A stretch of DNA of 53,989 nt, filler included, from Sphacelaria rigidula (GCA_964200075.2; 5 parts of 5 records of this genome joined end to end with filler, not necessarily neighbours in it); one strand, 5' to 3'; counted from the whole stretch's first letter, positions 12,819 to 25,713 are shown. Numbers and translations: made by a program. The notes: generated by a model not told the origin, from the letters alone.

Positions 12819-13762
12819 TACCGTAAGTTGCTCGGTGATCGCACAGGGGTGCGATCGATTTTTGAATGTTTGCGAACTTGTTTTTTTCGTACTGGGGTGC
12901 GTTCTCACGACCCCTGTGCGAACACCGCGCCCCCTGTGCGAAAATCGAATTAAATAATTTGCTACTGCCTTTCCATCGCATACCCCTGTGCCATCTCAAC
13001 GACATGTGCGATATTGAGTGAACAATTTCGATGACACCAGGGTCTTTGAACGCACACCCTGTGCGATAACCCCGCCATGTGCGATACTGAGTAAATCTTC
13101 GCCGGTGTAAAGGAACAATCTGCAACAGTACTGCCGTAGGAACAAGGTCTGAAGATGCCCGAAACATAGCAAGTGCACACGGGCACACAGCTACAGCACG
13201 ACAGCATCAAGCACACCGCCCGAGCCTACGGTAGTTGTCGTGGCACCGGTATACCGTTACACGAAATGTCGAAGAGAGAGACGAGGTTGATTGCAAGAAA
13301 TATCGTTCGGTGCCAGTACGCGTTTGCTTTCGGGCTTCGTTCTTTCCGTCGGTGTTGGCGTTTGGTGAAAGGTATCGGCTTTGGTGGTTTCATCCAAGCG
13401 GTGCACGACGAGAACTGGAGTAAAATAAATTGAAAGAGAAAACCACTCCGCATGTTTTTCGTGTCTGCACTGCCACACCGCAGTCCACACATGCCCCATG
13501 ACGACGAGTGGAATAAAGACAAAAATCGTGGCAACTCAGGCTGTCCGCCTCAAAGACCCATCCGCGCGCACGCGTCCTCACGCCCGGAAGGTGGCTGAGA
13601 CGCATTTCATCCTTGAGATCGCACCCCTATGCGAAAACAACGCCCCCTGTGCGAAAAACCAATTAAATCATTTCAAACCGTGTTTTTGATCACACAGGGG
13701 TGCGTTCTCACGGACCCTGTGCAGAATTCACGCCCTGTGCGATCACAGAGCAACTTACGGTA
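12819..13762. mobile_element. Non-autonomous TIR element (Tc1/mariner-type MITE, TA duplication), ~940 bp
   Basis: TA|ccgtaagttgctcggtgatcgcacaggg ... ccctgtgcgatcacagagcaacttacgg|TA (1 mismatch in 28 nt). Multiple subterminal ccctgtgcga motifs. No transposase. Confidence 0.88.
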
Positions 13763-13910
13763 GTTTAAGTCATGTTGCGCAGTTTCAATTATCTCGAGCT
13801 CAGATAGGAGGTCATCGTGGGAAGAGGGTTGGGCACTGTTAGCTTCAACAGCTCGCTTCACGGGCGATGCCGCACATGGGAGAAAGCTGCACGACGCATG
13901 ACATTCGTCA

Positions 13911-14131
13911 CGGTGTAATGCGTGAGAGGACCGCGTGCTTAGAGGACCGCGTCGTAGTTCAAAACACCTCAGGATCGACGTTTTTCAAAACCGATCGAGT
14001 CAGTCCCTGGAGGTACCACGTCCCTGACCATAACCCTAACACAAACCCTAATCCTAACCCTAACCATAGAGATGTTGAAATTCCGATGCGGTACTCTAAC
14101 TAAGCACGTGGTCCTCTCACGCATTACAACG
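13911..14131. mobile_element. Small MITE (~220 bp) with an internal telomere-like TAACCC tract
   Basis: cggtgtaatgcgtgagaggaccgcgtgcttag pairs with ctaagcacgtggtcctctcacgcattacaacg. Degenerate (taaccc)n at about 14031-14066. TSD not resolved. Confidence 0.8.
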
Positions 14132-14191
14132 GCACACGTGGCAAGCGTTTTTTGCTGAAAAGATTCATGTATCCACTAGAACAGGGCGAGT

Positions 14192-15004
14192 TAGGGCCTG
14201 TCTTGGCACTTTTTTTTCGATCGAAAAAATGAGGCGGTGGAATCGACCTCAGCGAAAAATTTTCGTTTTGATGCGGTTGGGTCCAGATGGATTTTCAAGC
14301 TTTCGATCGAAAAAAGACAGTGAAATTCGTGAAACGGTACATGGTCACTCGTGTACAGTACAGGCAGTTTGTACTGTGTGCACTGCTTGCAAGTAGGGTG
14401 TCTTGAGTGCGTGTGTGCGCGTTTCGTGCAGGAGAAGATAAAGGGGAAGCAGACAATGTGCAGTGCAGAAAGATTATCAGTTCTCTCTGCTTACAATGCG
14501 ACTCGAAAATAACTTCAGCAACGTGCAGCTTTGTACTGCCTGCACTGTCCATGAGCGTGCACGCAACTCGGTTGCCCACCGTACCACGCAGTTCCGTCCC
14601 TGATGCCTACCATGAGAGAAGATGCGCAAGTTTTCGCCAACAAAAAATAAACAAAGCACACCCAACTACTGTAGTGTATCTATCCCTGTGCTCAACTCGT
14701 GCTCTATGCTGCAGGGTTGGAATAAGTTGGATGGAGTTTTGCATGGTCCTATGAACAGGTGTTATTTGGCGGGTGGTGTGTAGGATAGGAGTCAAGTGCC
14801 GCTTCGTGCCTTTCGACCGCATGTTTTCGATCGAAAACGATTGTTCTTTACCTCGTTGCATTCTTCTCCGCGCGCCGCTAATTATAATTTTGAGTTGAAG
14901 CCTTCAAGGAACATAAATGCGGTGGACCTATGAGATCGGCCAAAATAAATCAACCGCACTTTTTCGATCGAAAAAAAACGGTGCTACCTGTAAGACACGC
15001 CCTA
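14192..15004. mobile_element. MITE with GGGC-starting TIRs and repeated palindromic TTTCGATCGAAA motifs
   Basis: TA|gggcctgtctt..gcactttttttttcgatcgaaaaa at the left pairs with ttttcgatcgaaaaaaaacggtgc..aagacacgccc|TA at the right. The palindrome recurs near 14301 and 14825. Confidence 0.72.
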
Positions 15005-15958
15005 ACTGGACTCCACTACAGGTATCGCATTTCAACTTGGAGTACTGGAATGTGTCCATCTGTTGAATCGGAATCATTTCCACTCGATAATATTTGCATA
15101 CCCTGGACAAAAGAAAACACAGTCAGAAAGTGTACTGCGTACAGTATCGACTATTGCGCCTATTGCAACATACAACAGATCCCACACTGTACGCAGTATA
15201 TTTATTTCCAATAGAACGTAATGTCCAGGGTGTGAATATTTGCTAGACAAGGTCATCGGTTTGTTTACAACAGAGGTAACGGTTTGATGCTCAGTGTGTT
15301 CATCTATCGGATTCTGGCGCTGAACTGGGGTAATTGCACCTCCTGATTTGTCATTTTGTTTCGGGTCCCAGAATAGTTGGTCTTCGAGAACTCCGGCGAA
15401 TCACATCCGGGACAAATGCGTAAACGTGAAAGTGAGGTTGCGAGGACTCAGATGTTCCTGGTCGTTAGCAATCGACCAATACGTTCTCTTAGAATGCTGA
15501 TGCCATTGCCCGAACCGCCTGGCTACTGTAACTTCTCCCGCGTTTCAGGACATTGGTTTCCGAGGGGCTGAAGCGAGCGCGGGGCGAGCACACGTTGCTC
15601 CTAGATGGAAGCAGAGCAGGAGGGCAACAGAACCAATGTTTTCTGGCGCGAGATCCCGCCTTTTTTATCTTGTGTTTGAAATTCCAATGAACATGATGCT
15701 TTTTGATTTGGAGGTGTACTGGAACTATCGAAACATGTGAACCAGCGTTGCTCCTCTGGAGACGTTGAACTTCTTCTTGAACCCCAATCTTTCACGAAAT
15801 AAGACGAAGCAGAGAAATCGAGCACATAACGCAAGCAGCTTCACTCTCCAATAACAGGGCAGTGCTGGCCATGTTGGGTCAATTACAACCAGCACGCTCA
15901 GACGAGAACCGTATCCAACGAGCACCCCGCCATCCCTGCCCAAAAGCAAACACCAGAC

Positions 15959-16452
15959 CTATCCAGGGCATCATCGTATTCCTCAGGCTGATCATCATAC
16001 TCGTAGTCCCCGTCCTCCTCCGCGTCTGTGCCCCCGTCATCTCCGCCCGACTGCGCGCCCCGACGTGATAATAAAAGACCCCGCTGCAGTACGCTTTCGG
16101 CCGCGCCTGGCCTTGCCCACGCACCGACGAAGCTTCCACTTAGCCGGAGAAATGATCGTCGCGGATCGCGGTTGTTCTCGTTCTTAGAGAACAGGCCCAT
16201 GGTTGGGCGTGCCTGTGAAGTTGTTCCTGCTGCTGCTGCTGTTGTTATTGTTGATGATGGTGATTTCGTTTTGGTAGGGAAAATCGGAGATCGCGCGGCG
16301 TATCGAAGAGTGGATGGCATAGTCGTTACCAAGGCATTGACAGGTGCCGTAGTTGTAGAACAAAACGCGAGAAGCGTTAATGCAGCGGCCCGGGCGGCGG
16401 CGGCTGTCGATACGGATGACCGAGGTGATAATAGAGCTTCCGACGCTCGCAT
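15959..16452 (-). CDS. Probable first exon of an unknown protein with a signal peptide and transit-peptide-like N-terminus
   Basis: ATG start; hydrophobic stretch AAALTLLAFC..PVNA|L; then an S/T/R-rich, acid-poor region; then acidic DDGGTDAEEDGDYEYDDQPEEYDD. Candidate donor GATAG|gtctgg. A phase-compatible small exon may follow at about 15744-15789 ((R)LGFKKKFNVSRGATL). Confidence 0.6.
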
Positions 16453-18180
16453 TTTTCACCGGAGTCTGCAACTTTGAGGGTTTGGAGGACTGCCGCTGCG
16501 ATGGCAATGTGCGTGTTTCACCCGTGTTCTTGATGCTGTCGGTCCCGTTGCCTCAGCAGTCTCACAGGATAGGCGTGAAGGCTAACAATGAGCTTCGCCC
16601 TCTCCGGGTTTTACCACAATATCCGAAATGGAAACCAGTCAGCTGGCAGTATGTTATAGTCTACGCGTTTTCTAATGTCATTATTCAATAGTGTTTGTGA
16701 ATGTTTCGGAGCCGAGGTGTCTATTTTTTTTCAACATATTTGTAGGCTATGGATGAAATGGTGTTGATACAGACACGCTACGAAATATCTCCGCCTTTCA
16801 TATCATCACATCTGGCTATTGGGTGCGTTTAGTCATTCTTGTAGGCGCTTCAGTACCGAATGACCAACGGGAACCGTGGACAAGATCAATCAAATATGGA
16901 ATCATTGGGTATCACGAGCTGGGTAACAGGAATCAATGAATAACTTGATCGACCGCCCACTGGTTAGTGCTGGAGGAAGAGTACTTTGGTGAAACGCGGC
17001 CGGTATATTTCGAGAATTTCAGCGTGGTGATGTCTGCGTTCGACGATGATGTCATGGACTTTGGGGATGACGATGATGCGGTGAGATATTTACTTGCTCT
17101 TCCACAGTTTAGAGCTACTGCAACCGATACAACACGGTAAATACCAACCGCACTTACTAGTCGACCCGCTATCCGCAGGTGAGTATCAGTGTTATGTACG
17201 TGCTGCCACTGGGTGCCCTCGAGGTAGCGTCTCGCGTGCCTTTTCCACAACTCTGCTGTTTATTTCTGCACTGACTGATATACTCGATCAAACAAGAATT
17301 GCGCCATTTGTTTGTTTCTAGTTCCCAAACATGTTTGAATATTTGAAAATCTCGGCGCCTCGACACAGACAACAGTACCACAGCACCCAGTGTCATGCTG
17401 CTGACTATCCTGTCTTGACCTGTCCCAAGCCTGTCCTGTCATGTAGAGCTCCTCATGTAGTACGTCGGATCGTTTTTTTCGCACCTTGTCCTTTCCTCAG
17501 GATACCACTTAATCAATGAGGCAAATACCTGCCTTGGAGCCATACCTCCCCCGCCTCACCTTCCCCACCTCGCCGGATTTCGAACAGTTTTGTTCAGGCC
17601 ACACATGGATTTTACAGCTGTTCGCCGAATACGAATTTCTCACAATTTCTCACAATCCCTGCAGCGGCATGACATCATTCTTTTCGGGCACAACAAGGAC
17701 TTCTCACACTTGTTCCCGATCCAATTACGAACTTCTTGTAGGTCTGGTTGCGTCGTTGCAGCGCCGGGGCATACACACATCTCTGATCTCTGCGTGATCA
17801 GATTAACGAAACTGCGACATGGAGAAAAACACTGAAAATTCCGGGTTCAGGTGGCACCCAAAATTAACGAAACTGCGACATGGAGATCAGATTCAGGTGG
17901 CACCCAAAATTCCCCTTTACACGATGAGGGGTACCATGGCCCCCTTCCCCCCCCACCCGTCCCCCCGATTTTCCCACGATTTCAAGGTTTTGGGGGCATA
18001 GCCCCTGGGTAATCGCTACGGGCCCCGTTGACTCAACCCTTTTGGAACCCTTCTTTCCCATCCCCGGGTAAGGCCGCTTCTATGTATTAAAAAAACATTA
18101 TAAAAAAAGCCGTTTTCTGATAACCGACAAAAAATCAACTTTTCAGTAGGCAACTTCTTATGGGTTTGGGGGGGAAAGTC

Positions 18181-18592
18181 CTGTTGAAAACTGCTTCTTG
18201 GGCCCTTCTCCGTCGTTTTACGCCCGAACAGAGGGCTAGTCAGATATTGACACGTTGAAATGACTTGCTCGTACTCGTTGAGACCGTTCCAGGGCAGCTT
18301 TTCTTTTCTTCTTTTTTTCCCGCTGGCCGCAGTTTTATTTGTGGTCAACCTTGCGTTTCCGATAGTAAACGGTCGAGTGATCAAAATACTTGCCACATTT
18401 TGATTGCTCGACCGTTTTTTCATCGAAAATGCAAGTTTGCTCAAAAATAAAGCTGCGGCCAGCGGGAAACGCGAGGTTGCCCTGAAACAATCTCAACGAT
18501 TGGAGCACGTCATTCGAAGGTGTTGACATCTGCCTAGCCTTCTTTCCGGGCGTAAAACGACGGAGAAGGGCCCAAAAGACAGTTTCCAACAG
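18181..18592. repeat. Long foldback palindrome (~200-bp arms, 9-nt loop)
   Basis: ctgttgaaaactgcttcttgggcccttctccgtcgttttacgcccg pairs with cgggcgtaaaacgacggagaagggcccaaaagacagtttccaacag. Centre atcaaaat-acttgccac-attttgat. Confidence 0.88.
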
Positions 18593-21539
18593 TTTGTTTT
18601 TCCCAATCTGTAATAATTGGTCTCATGTCATCAGAGAATGCGTTGAGATTTTTTCTGATAATTTTTTCCAATCGCCCGAAGTTATCAGGACATCAGGATT
18701 TTCTGATAGCTTCGGGCTATCGAAAAATCTTACTGAAAAAGGGTTTAAAATCCCGCCGCTCATCAACCCTACACTCCTTTACACCCCACAACAGCTCCCA
18801 TGCTGGCTTGGCTGCCATCACTACTGGTGCTGCTGCTTGCGGGCAGTCAGCGTGTTACGTCCCCGTCTTCGCCCGCTATAAGCGTGGTGGCCCTTTACCC
18901 CATAAGAACAGCATAGCGCGAGGTCGATGACGAGCACAGTCTGCATGTAGTCCACACGTACAGTATTTATAGCGCAGTTTAGCTCTGTGCATGCATGGTG
19001 TTGCCAACAGTAGTTATCATGCAGTACAGACTGTGTTGTAGAGACAGGACCGTACTGACTGTACACAAAAGCCTACACGTAGTGCTACTACTGTATTACT
19101 ACAGCCAATACATACAATACGGCACTGTCTGTACTGTTGTTCGTGCTGTCCGTACAGTCAAGTACTGCAGTGTAGCGCAAAACACCACGTCAGTTCTACA
19201 GTCAGTGAGTACATCGGCGGCACACTTATAAATAGTATTGCGTCATGCAGCCCACCTTGTATTGCTGTCAATATTGTACATCACGGACCGTACACCACGG
19301 CACAACGGCAGAGCGCCGTGTCTCTCTCGCGCGCCCCAGAATTTGAAAAATTTGCCCAAACGCCTTGTAGGAAACGATGAACACTGCTTTTCCGATTTTG
19401 AGAACGCGAATCACGTAAGAACGGGTCCTTCAAAACAGTATGTTGGGAAACATGTTATTGAAAAGCGGCTTTTTTTTATGATGGATTTTTCGACACACAA
19501 GAAGTGGGCTACGGGCGTGTCTAATCAAATCATTTTTCGATTGGCAGTATTACGCCAGAATAAAAAGCAAGATTGTCCTCGGCCACGTACGAAAGTCATT
19601 GTATATGGTTAAAAGTCATGGCTACTTCATACAGCAACCTTGGTTGTCGAGTTCTCCCGCGCAAAAACACATCCGGCCGTAAATCGGCACACTAGTTGGA
19701 CATGAAACAGGCAGCATTTGCACCAGTCGGCGGCACGTTTTGCCAGCGCGTAGAAAATAGCACAGCGGTTCCAGATTTTTTAGAAATATGGGCGACACGT
19801 CCTCCACCCGCTTCCCGAGGAACAAACTTCGTGCACCAACCATTGATGCATATCTGGCCATTGATGCACCAACTTCTATATATATTTTATATAAAATGCT
19901 GCTAGTGGTTCGAGCCATGTGGAGCTTTGCACGTCATCCCCGGCTTGGTGGAGGGAAGCATGGGTTTGGACGGCGAGTACACCGTCGCTATAATTGGTCG
20001 CCTTTTCCCCACAGGCATGCGCATGCTGTTGTTGGTTATGTCGTCTAGTGCATCGTCTGTGCACAGATGAAGGAGCCGTCGACGGTATGGCGAAAACAAC
20101 CGAGCGAGTAAATCTGAAAAAAAGGGATCAGCGTAAAATCGTAGGTAGCTGCAGCTCACAGCTGCACTAGGACAGAGCCACTGCCACCAGTACACTAGAA
20201 AAATGACTGTTATGCTCCATGTTGCCTTCACTGCTGCTACTGTATAGTATCTGTAACGTGGAATTGCGTGCTGATCATGGCGGCTGTTGTTGTGGAGATC
20301 CCTTTTGAGTTATGGTGCACTACTGATTATTTCGTCTTGTGCACCAGCTGTCGGCACTGGCGATTCATGCTTGTGAGTCTTTCTACGGTAGCCCCCCCCC
20401 AAAAAACAGCCCGAAACTGTTATCGGGGTGAATGTGGCCCGATTTTGGGCACTATATATCTGTAAAATGGACCGACCACTATCCACTGCAGAAAAATGAC
20501 CCGTAATCGAGCCAATCGTATCAATCACAGATACAGACGTCATCTTCGAATGACGATCTCGCTCATATGAATGAACTCTAACTTGACTACATATTTACAA
20601 GCCTGCGAGTGGTCGGTGTCGCGGAAATGTAGTTTCTCCAGCGGCTGCACTGATATAGTGTTGTGTGCTTGTATTGTTAAGCTGTTGCACTCGGGAAGCA
20701 CACGCCCACTACGTTCCACCCCACATTCACCGTCCTCCTCGACATCAGCAGTCAGGAACACGAAAAGTGACTGCAGTTGCGGGCGTCACCCACAACAACA
20801 ACCCGACTTAAACCTTTCACTCACATATCGCAAAAACGAAGCAGCAGAGAATATTAAAACAAATAGCACAAGTGTCGAGTATCGTGGAACAAGTGAAGAT
20901 GATGTAGACGGCGTTGACGAAGAAATAGCGATTTACGCTGTGCAGCTGGACTGCATATGAAATACCCTGCACCTTTCGGTGATGGCGGGTTTGGAGAGCA
21001 ATTACTCCATGGGCCCCATGGGCTCAGGGTCGTGGCACGAATGGAAGAAATCACTTCTGTGTTCTTCACTCCTGAAAGCAAACCGTCAACGGCAAAGTTC
21101 ACCTCTGCGACACAAGACACAATACGTTCGGAGCTATCAGCGATGAACCGTGACGTTGCCTTTTGTGTCATGCTGACCACCATGGTAGCGCAAAAGGAGC
21201 GCTGCGTAATCAAGGCACTCATATATCCACTTCACATGACATCGGCACAGAGCAAGTGGTTGAATGCGCATGTTAGCGCAAATGCCCTTGCTCATTCTTG
21301 CTTTGTAGAATCTAGTCCCGAACAAAGCATTTGATCGAAACTGCAACTTGCCAACCGCGATATTTACATATTGTTGTTAGTGTACACAGGCGGCAGTGGC
21401 AACGCATCATATTTTCCTTCTGTTATCTTGTTATTAGTGCACACAGGCAGTAGTGAGCGCAAACGTTATGGCTGTCTTCGGTATATCAAACGCAGTGCTT
21501 CGAACGTAGAAAAGACCGTGCCTGAGGCCCTGGCTTGTG

Positions 21540-21639
21540 NNNNNNNNNNNNNNNNNNNNNNNNNNNNNNNNNNNNNNNNNNNNTTAATTAATTAANNNNN
21601 NNNNNNNNNNNNNNNNNNNNNNNNNNNNNNNNNNNNNNN
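21540..21639. other. Artificial contig-joining spacer
   Basis: Same 100-nt N/TTAATTAATTAA/N structure. Confidence 0.98.
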
Positions 21640-24379
21640 ATACGAAGATTTTAATCCTCCGGGTTCTCATCCTCAAAGAAAATCTCCATCCTCAACATAG
21701 ATGATCCGCTGTTTATATACTGTCTTTTTCCTTACGGTAGGTAGTGGAGGGAATGGTGGACTCGATTCAGTACCAAAAGGCCCAGGTGTTATAATGTAAA
21801 TGCTTTGTCTTGTATCTCGTTCGAACCATGTGTTCCATGCTAATAGTAAAAGCTGCCTATCCTGCAGTATGCTTGCGCCCTTGCATTCCTTAACAAAAAC
21901 TATGCTTCCCGCGCCTCGTACAGAGTTTATGATAACCAAAGCATGTCGGTGGCGTTTATATCATGCATATTCGTTTTTGAACTGGTACGGTATACTAATA
22001 ATATTTGGTACGGCACGGAGCATGCGGCAGTACTAGGTCGAAAACGAAGTGGTTCACCACACCTTCAAGTGCAACAAAGATGGACTCGCTGGCATCTCTT
22101 TTGCGTGTTTTCGAATAGAACGTGATGAAACATGACGAGAAATACCGTGACGGGCTGCCACAGGAGAGTACAACACTGTAGTGCACAAGCGCGCTGGCAC
22201 GATGTCGGCAACATGGAAAATCGCGCACGCGCTAGCGCGCGTGCTGCTCAAGAATAACGCGCTCCGCGCGTTTAATTTCATCCAGTGCGTTTTATTGAAT
22301 TCAATACAGAGGTTGCTCTATGGGTGTGGAGCTGACACTGCGTACCAACCGCAGCGTGACGCATTCGGCGGTACTACCTGCTCACTGCACAGCGGCAGGG
22401 TGCAGGGTGACAAAGCACACCGCAGGACGTGTCATCCTCAGCCCATCCCTGTCCTGCATTGACTCCGCGTTGTCCTATGCAGTTCGCCACATCATGCATG
22501 CAGCCGCCTGTATCGCGGCCGACGTGAACGCAGGATATCACCCCTCGCTACGCGCTATATTTTCACGTCATATTTTGTAAAGCTGTCTGTGTTGCAGCTA
22601 CAGCGTGCGTCTGCCCCAGGTGGCGCACGCAGGAGTGAAAGGCCGCCTCCGCCGCTGTCATGACTGCCTGTATCTCTGGCGAAGCTGTATGGTAACAAAG
22701 CCGCGGCTGGTGCGCCCACATATACTGAAAGGTGGAGACCAGCGTCTAGAATAGATGGGACGACATCACACACAACACACTGACTTCGCGCAGTACGTCT
22801 TCGACATCGTACTGACTGTAGAAATTTCTTGTGCACGGTTGGGTACATTTCCATATACAATGCAGGGTCTGGTACATCACGACTCATGATGAAACGGATG
22901 GTCTGGTACGTTTCCACCTGTACATGTAGTGTTACTCGGTGATATTGTGAAAAAACTCCGTAACATCTAGGCGAACTGCAGGTGGGGCAATCGCCGAAAT
23001 ATTCACCTGCAACCTCTGCTCCAGTGCACTGTAAGTTGATATCGCTAGAAGGACACTACCATGACCACCTTGCCGGCTGCCAGACTGTCAGGACGTGAAA
23101 TCCGCCAGCATTGCTACTATTTGTACGGGGATGTTGCCCCATTGGCCGCTAAGTTTTGGAGCATGATACTAGATGAAGATTATCCTTCCTCGTACATGGG
23201 CATCAAACGCTGGGGGTTCTCACTCAAGACTTCGATTTGGACGATGATACTAGGTAGGCAGCGGCAACTGCTGTGTGTCCAGGTGCTCATTGGGAGCAGG
23301 ATGCGTTTGGTGTCTGTTTGACGCAGTTATCCCCCCCAAAACGAAATCAATAGGGGTTTTGGAGTGGAAAAATTTAGGAAAACAAATGTCGCGAAAACGG
23401 AGTCGCAAAAAACCGATGAGTCGATTTTTTACCCGCAGCAGAAACCTGTTTCACTTCGTGAAACTGAAATCTGGAAGTCATATCTTCAGCGTCGAACACT
23501 CCACATCATCATTTGGCTCGGGATCGCTCGATTCGAGCGGTAGCACCAAGCACCAAAACTTTGTATCAACATTGCAGATCATCGTGTCTCAACTGATTCC
23601 CTGCAGACAGATGTCGTTTCACTGCTGGGCTCTCATGGGCCATCATCTCATCTTCACCTCATTCGAGAGTACCGTCGACTAGGGATAGATACGCAGTACC
23701 CATTCGTCACTTAGTCCTGAGATGACGGCTTTTCATTTCAAGTCAGCATGCAGTGACTGCTTCTCGAATGCCCCTTGCTTCTTCATTGATCATGCACAGA
23801 CCCACGTGTGAGCAAAACTTTTATTTGCAGCCACAACAGCAAAACGCCAAAAAATGGCCTCGACAAGAAGGGGCTATTTTCTCACCACTGACCCCCTACG
23901 AACACACCTCATCGAGTTCCCACCCTACTTCGCCCTGCAAAATGTGGGGTCATATTGGGGAGGGGTGTGAGCGAGGGGGCTACCTTGCATGATCCCGAAA
24001 TGAACTTGTGCGCGAGAACCCAGATCGCTGATGACATGCACGATGACCGATCCCTTCTAGCCTACAATTTGCCCCATCCTCTTAAGGACGTGAGGGCAGC
24101 AGGTGATCCACAACCAACAAATAGCATGATGAAGGATCCAACAGGCTACAGAAATACCTTTGATGAACTCCAAAAGCTACTCATACGGTACCTCTCTCTC
24201 CATTCCTTTCTCCCGACATACCACACTCAAAGCTAGAGCCAACCCCCTTCTTCCACACGAAGATCTCCTCCCTGTCTATCAACAAGACATCCGTATTCAT
24301 CTGTTGAGTATACCGCATACCGCAATCTTTCTCTCACCCCCCCCCCCCCCTCCGGCCAGCCCACTCGAATTTCACACTG

Positions 24380-24772
24380 TCACCCACGGAAAACATCGTC
24401 CAGCGGGCCACGAGGTACAGCCGGCTCCGCCTTCTTCATTCGCACCGCCTGCTTAGACTCGTGTCTGTCCTCGTACTTATGGCCCGCCCTGCGCTTCTTT
24501 AGAGCGCGGGCATCGTTGGGCGACACGTAGGCTGCGTTGTGGTACAGGGTCGGCCCGCCGAAAGACCCGGCGAAAACACGGATGGGGTTCAGCACGAACC
24601 GCGGTCCCATTTCCACCAGACTCAGGGGGTCTGACGCCCCTTCGTCCCCCCCTCTGCCAGGTGCTTGTGCCCCGCGCTCGATTTTTTTGTTTAGCGCTGA
24701 CGCGGTCCCGTCACCCTTGTCCACTATCTGGTAGTTGCGTACCCATATCTTCCCGTCTGCCACGAAGAATGA
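24380..24772 (-). CDS. BRX1: Ribosome biogenesis protein BRX1 (Brix domain), terminal exon
   Basis: cag|SFFVADGKIWVRNYQIV...SLVEMGPRFVLNPIRVFAGSFGGPTLYHNAAYVSPN...DDVFRG*. Contains the Brix E(I/M)GPRF motif and the Brx1-typical GSFGGPTLY. Confidence 0.95.
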   Translation of the reverse strand, partial: SFFVADGKIWVRNYQIVDKGDGTASALNKKIERGAQAPGRGGDEGASDPLSLVEMGPRFVLNPIRVFAGSFGGPTLYHNAAYVSPNDARALKKRRAGHKYEDRHESKQAVRMKKAEPAVPRGPLDDVFRG

Positions 24773-24790
24773 CTGTTGGAGGCATAGATA

Positions 24791-25700
24791 GGAGGGGGAG
24801 GGGGGAGGGGGGAGGGTACTCATGATCTTGCGTGCCATAGTCATGAGACCATTGACCTCGCATACCTACCAATCCGGGACAGAGCATTACGGGTTTTCGC
24901 CGGACCAGGCCAGGACATGAGGGAGGGGGGAGGTGTACTCATGACCATGCATGCCATGGTGATAAGACTATTGACTTCGCATTCCTACAAAGCCGGGACG
25001 GAGCACGCCGGGTTTTCGCTGGACCAGGCTCGCACTCAATCACCAAGCGTGAAGCGCCGTGGTGTGTTCGGCGAGTCGCGTGAGGAGGGAGCTGCATCCT
25101 GCTAAGATTCTTCAGCACGAAGTCTACTGGTTATCTTGCATATGGACGACAGCCTACAATGAGTTGCTTCATTTTCTGATATCGCCACTTCCAGAGATGG
25201 CCACGTCTTTGACACGGCCTCATGGGTGTCTCGCTTTTCAAAAACTACGTAGTACGATCATCCTCATTGTGCGGAGTTGAGGTTCTCCCACGCCGCACAA
25301 CATGATCCAGCTCGACCACCATCATGTTCACTGCAAACAAAACGCAAGCGCGCAAAACAAATCGGCAAACTGGTTACCTAGCGTACGCAGCGAGTGGCGT
25401 GTTTCATAGCGTCATCGCCAACGGACGCTAACCCCATCGAGGGTTCGCCCCTACAAAGCCGGGACTAAGCACGCCGGGTTTTCGCCGCACCAGGCTCGCA
25501 CTCAATCACCAAGCGCGAAGCGCCGTCGTGCGCTCGGCGAGTGGCATGTTGGGTGAGCTGCATCCTGCTGAGAATGTTCGGCCCGAAGCCTACTGATTGT
25601 CTTGCAAATTGGATGACAGCCAACAATGAGTTACTTTATTATCTGGTATCGCCACTTTCAGAGACAGCCACGGCTAATACACTGCCTCATGGGTGCGTCA
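24791..25700 (-). mobile_element. SINE-like non-coding retroposon copies (one short copy plus one long copy with an internal restart)
   Basis: G-run + gtactcatgatcttgc..gaccattgacctcgca..cgggacagagca at 24791-24912 and again from 24919. The unit cctacaaagccggga restarts at 24984 and 25450. No protein-like ORF. Confidence 0.8.
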
Positions 25701-25713
25701 CCGACCAAGCTGT

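Noticed and set aside
17029..17745. Possible divergent plus-strand gene (MSAFDDDVMDFGDDDDA|gtgaga, and an open stretch from about 17501)
   Set aside because: Could not build a phase-consistent exon chain, and no homology was recognised.
20540..23700. Several 70-135 aa ORFs on both strands around the second spacer
   Set aside because: No recognisable domain, splice pattern or strand consistency; the region also spans two unlinked contigs.
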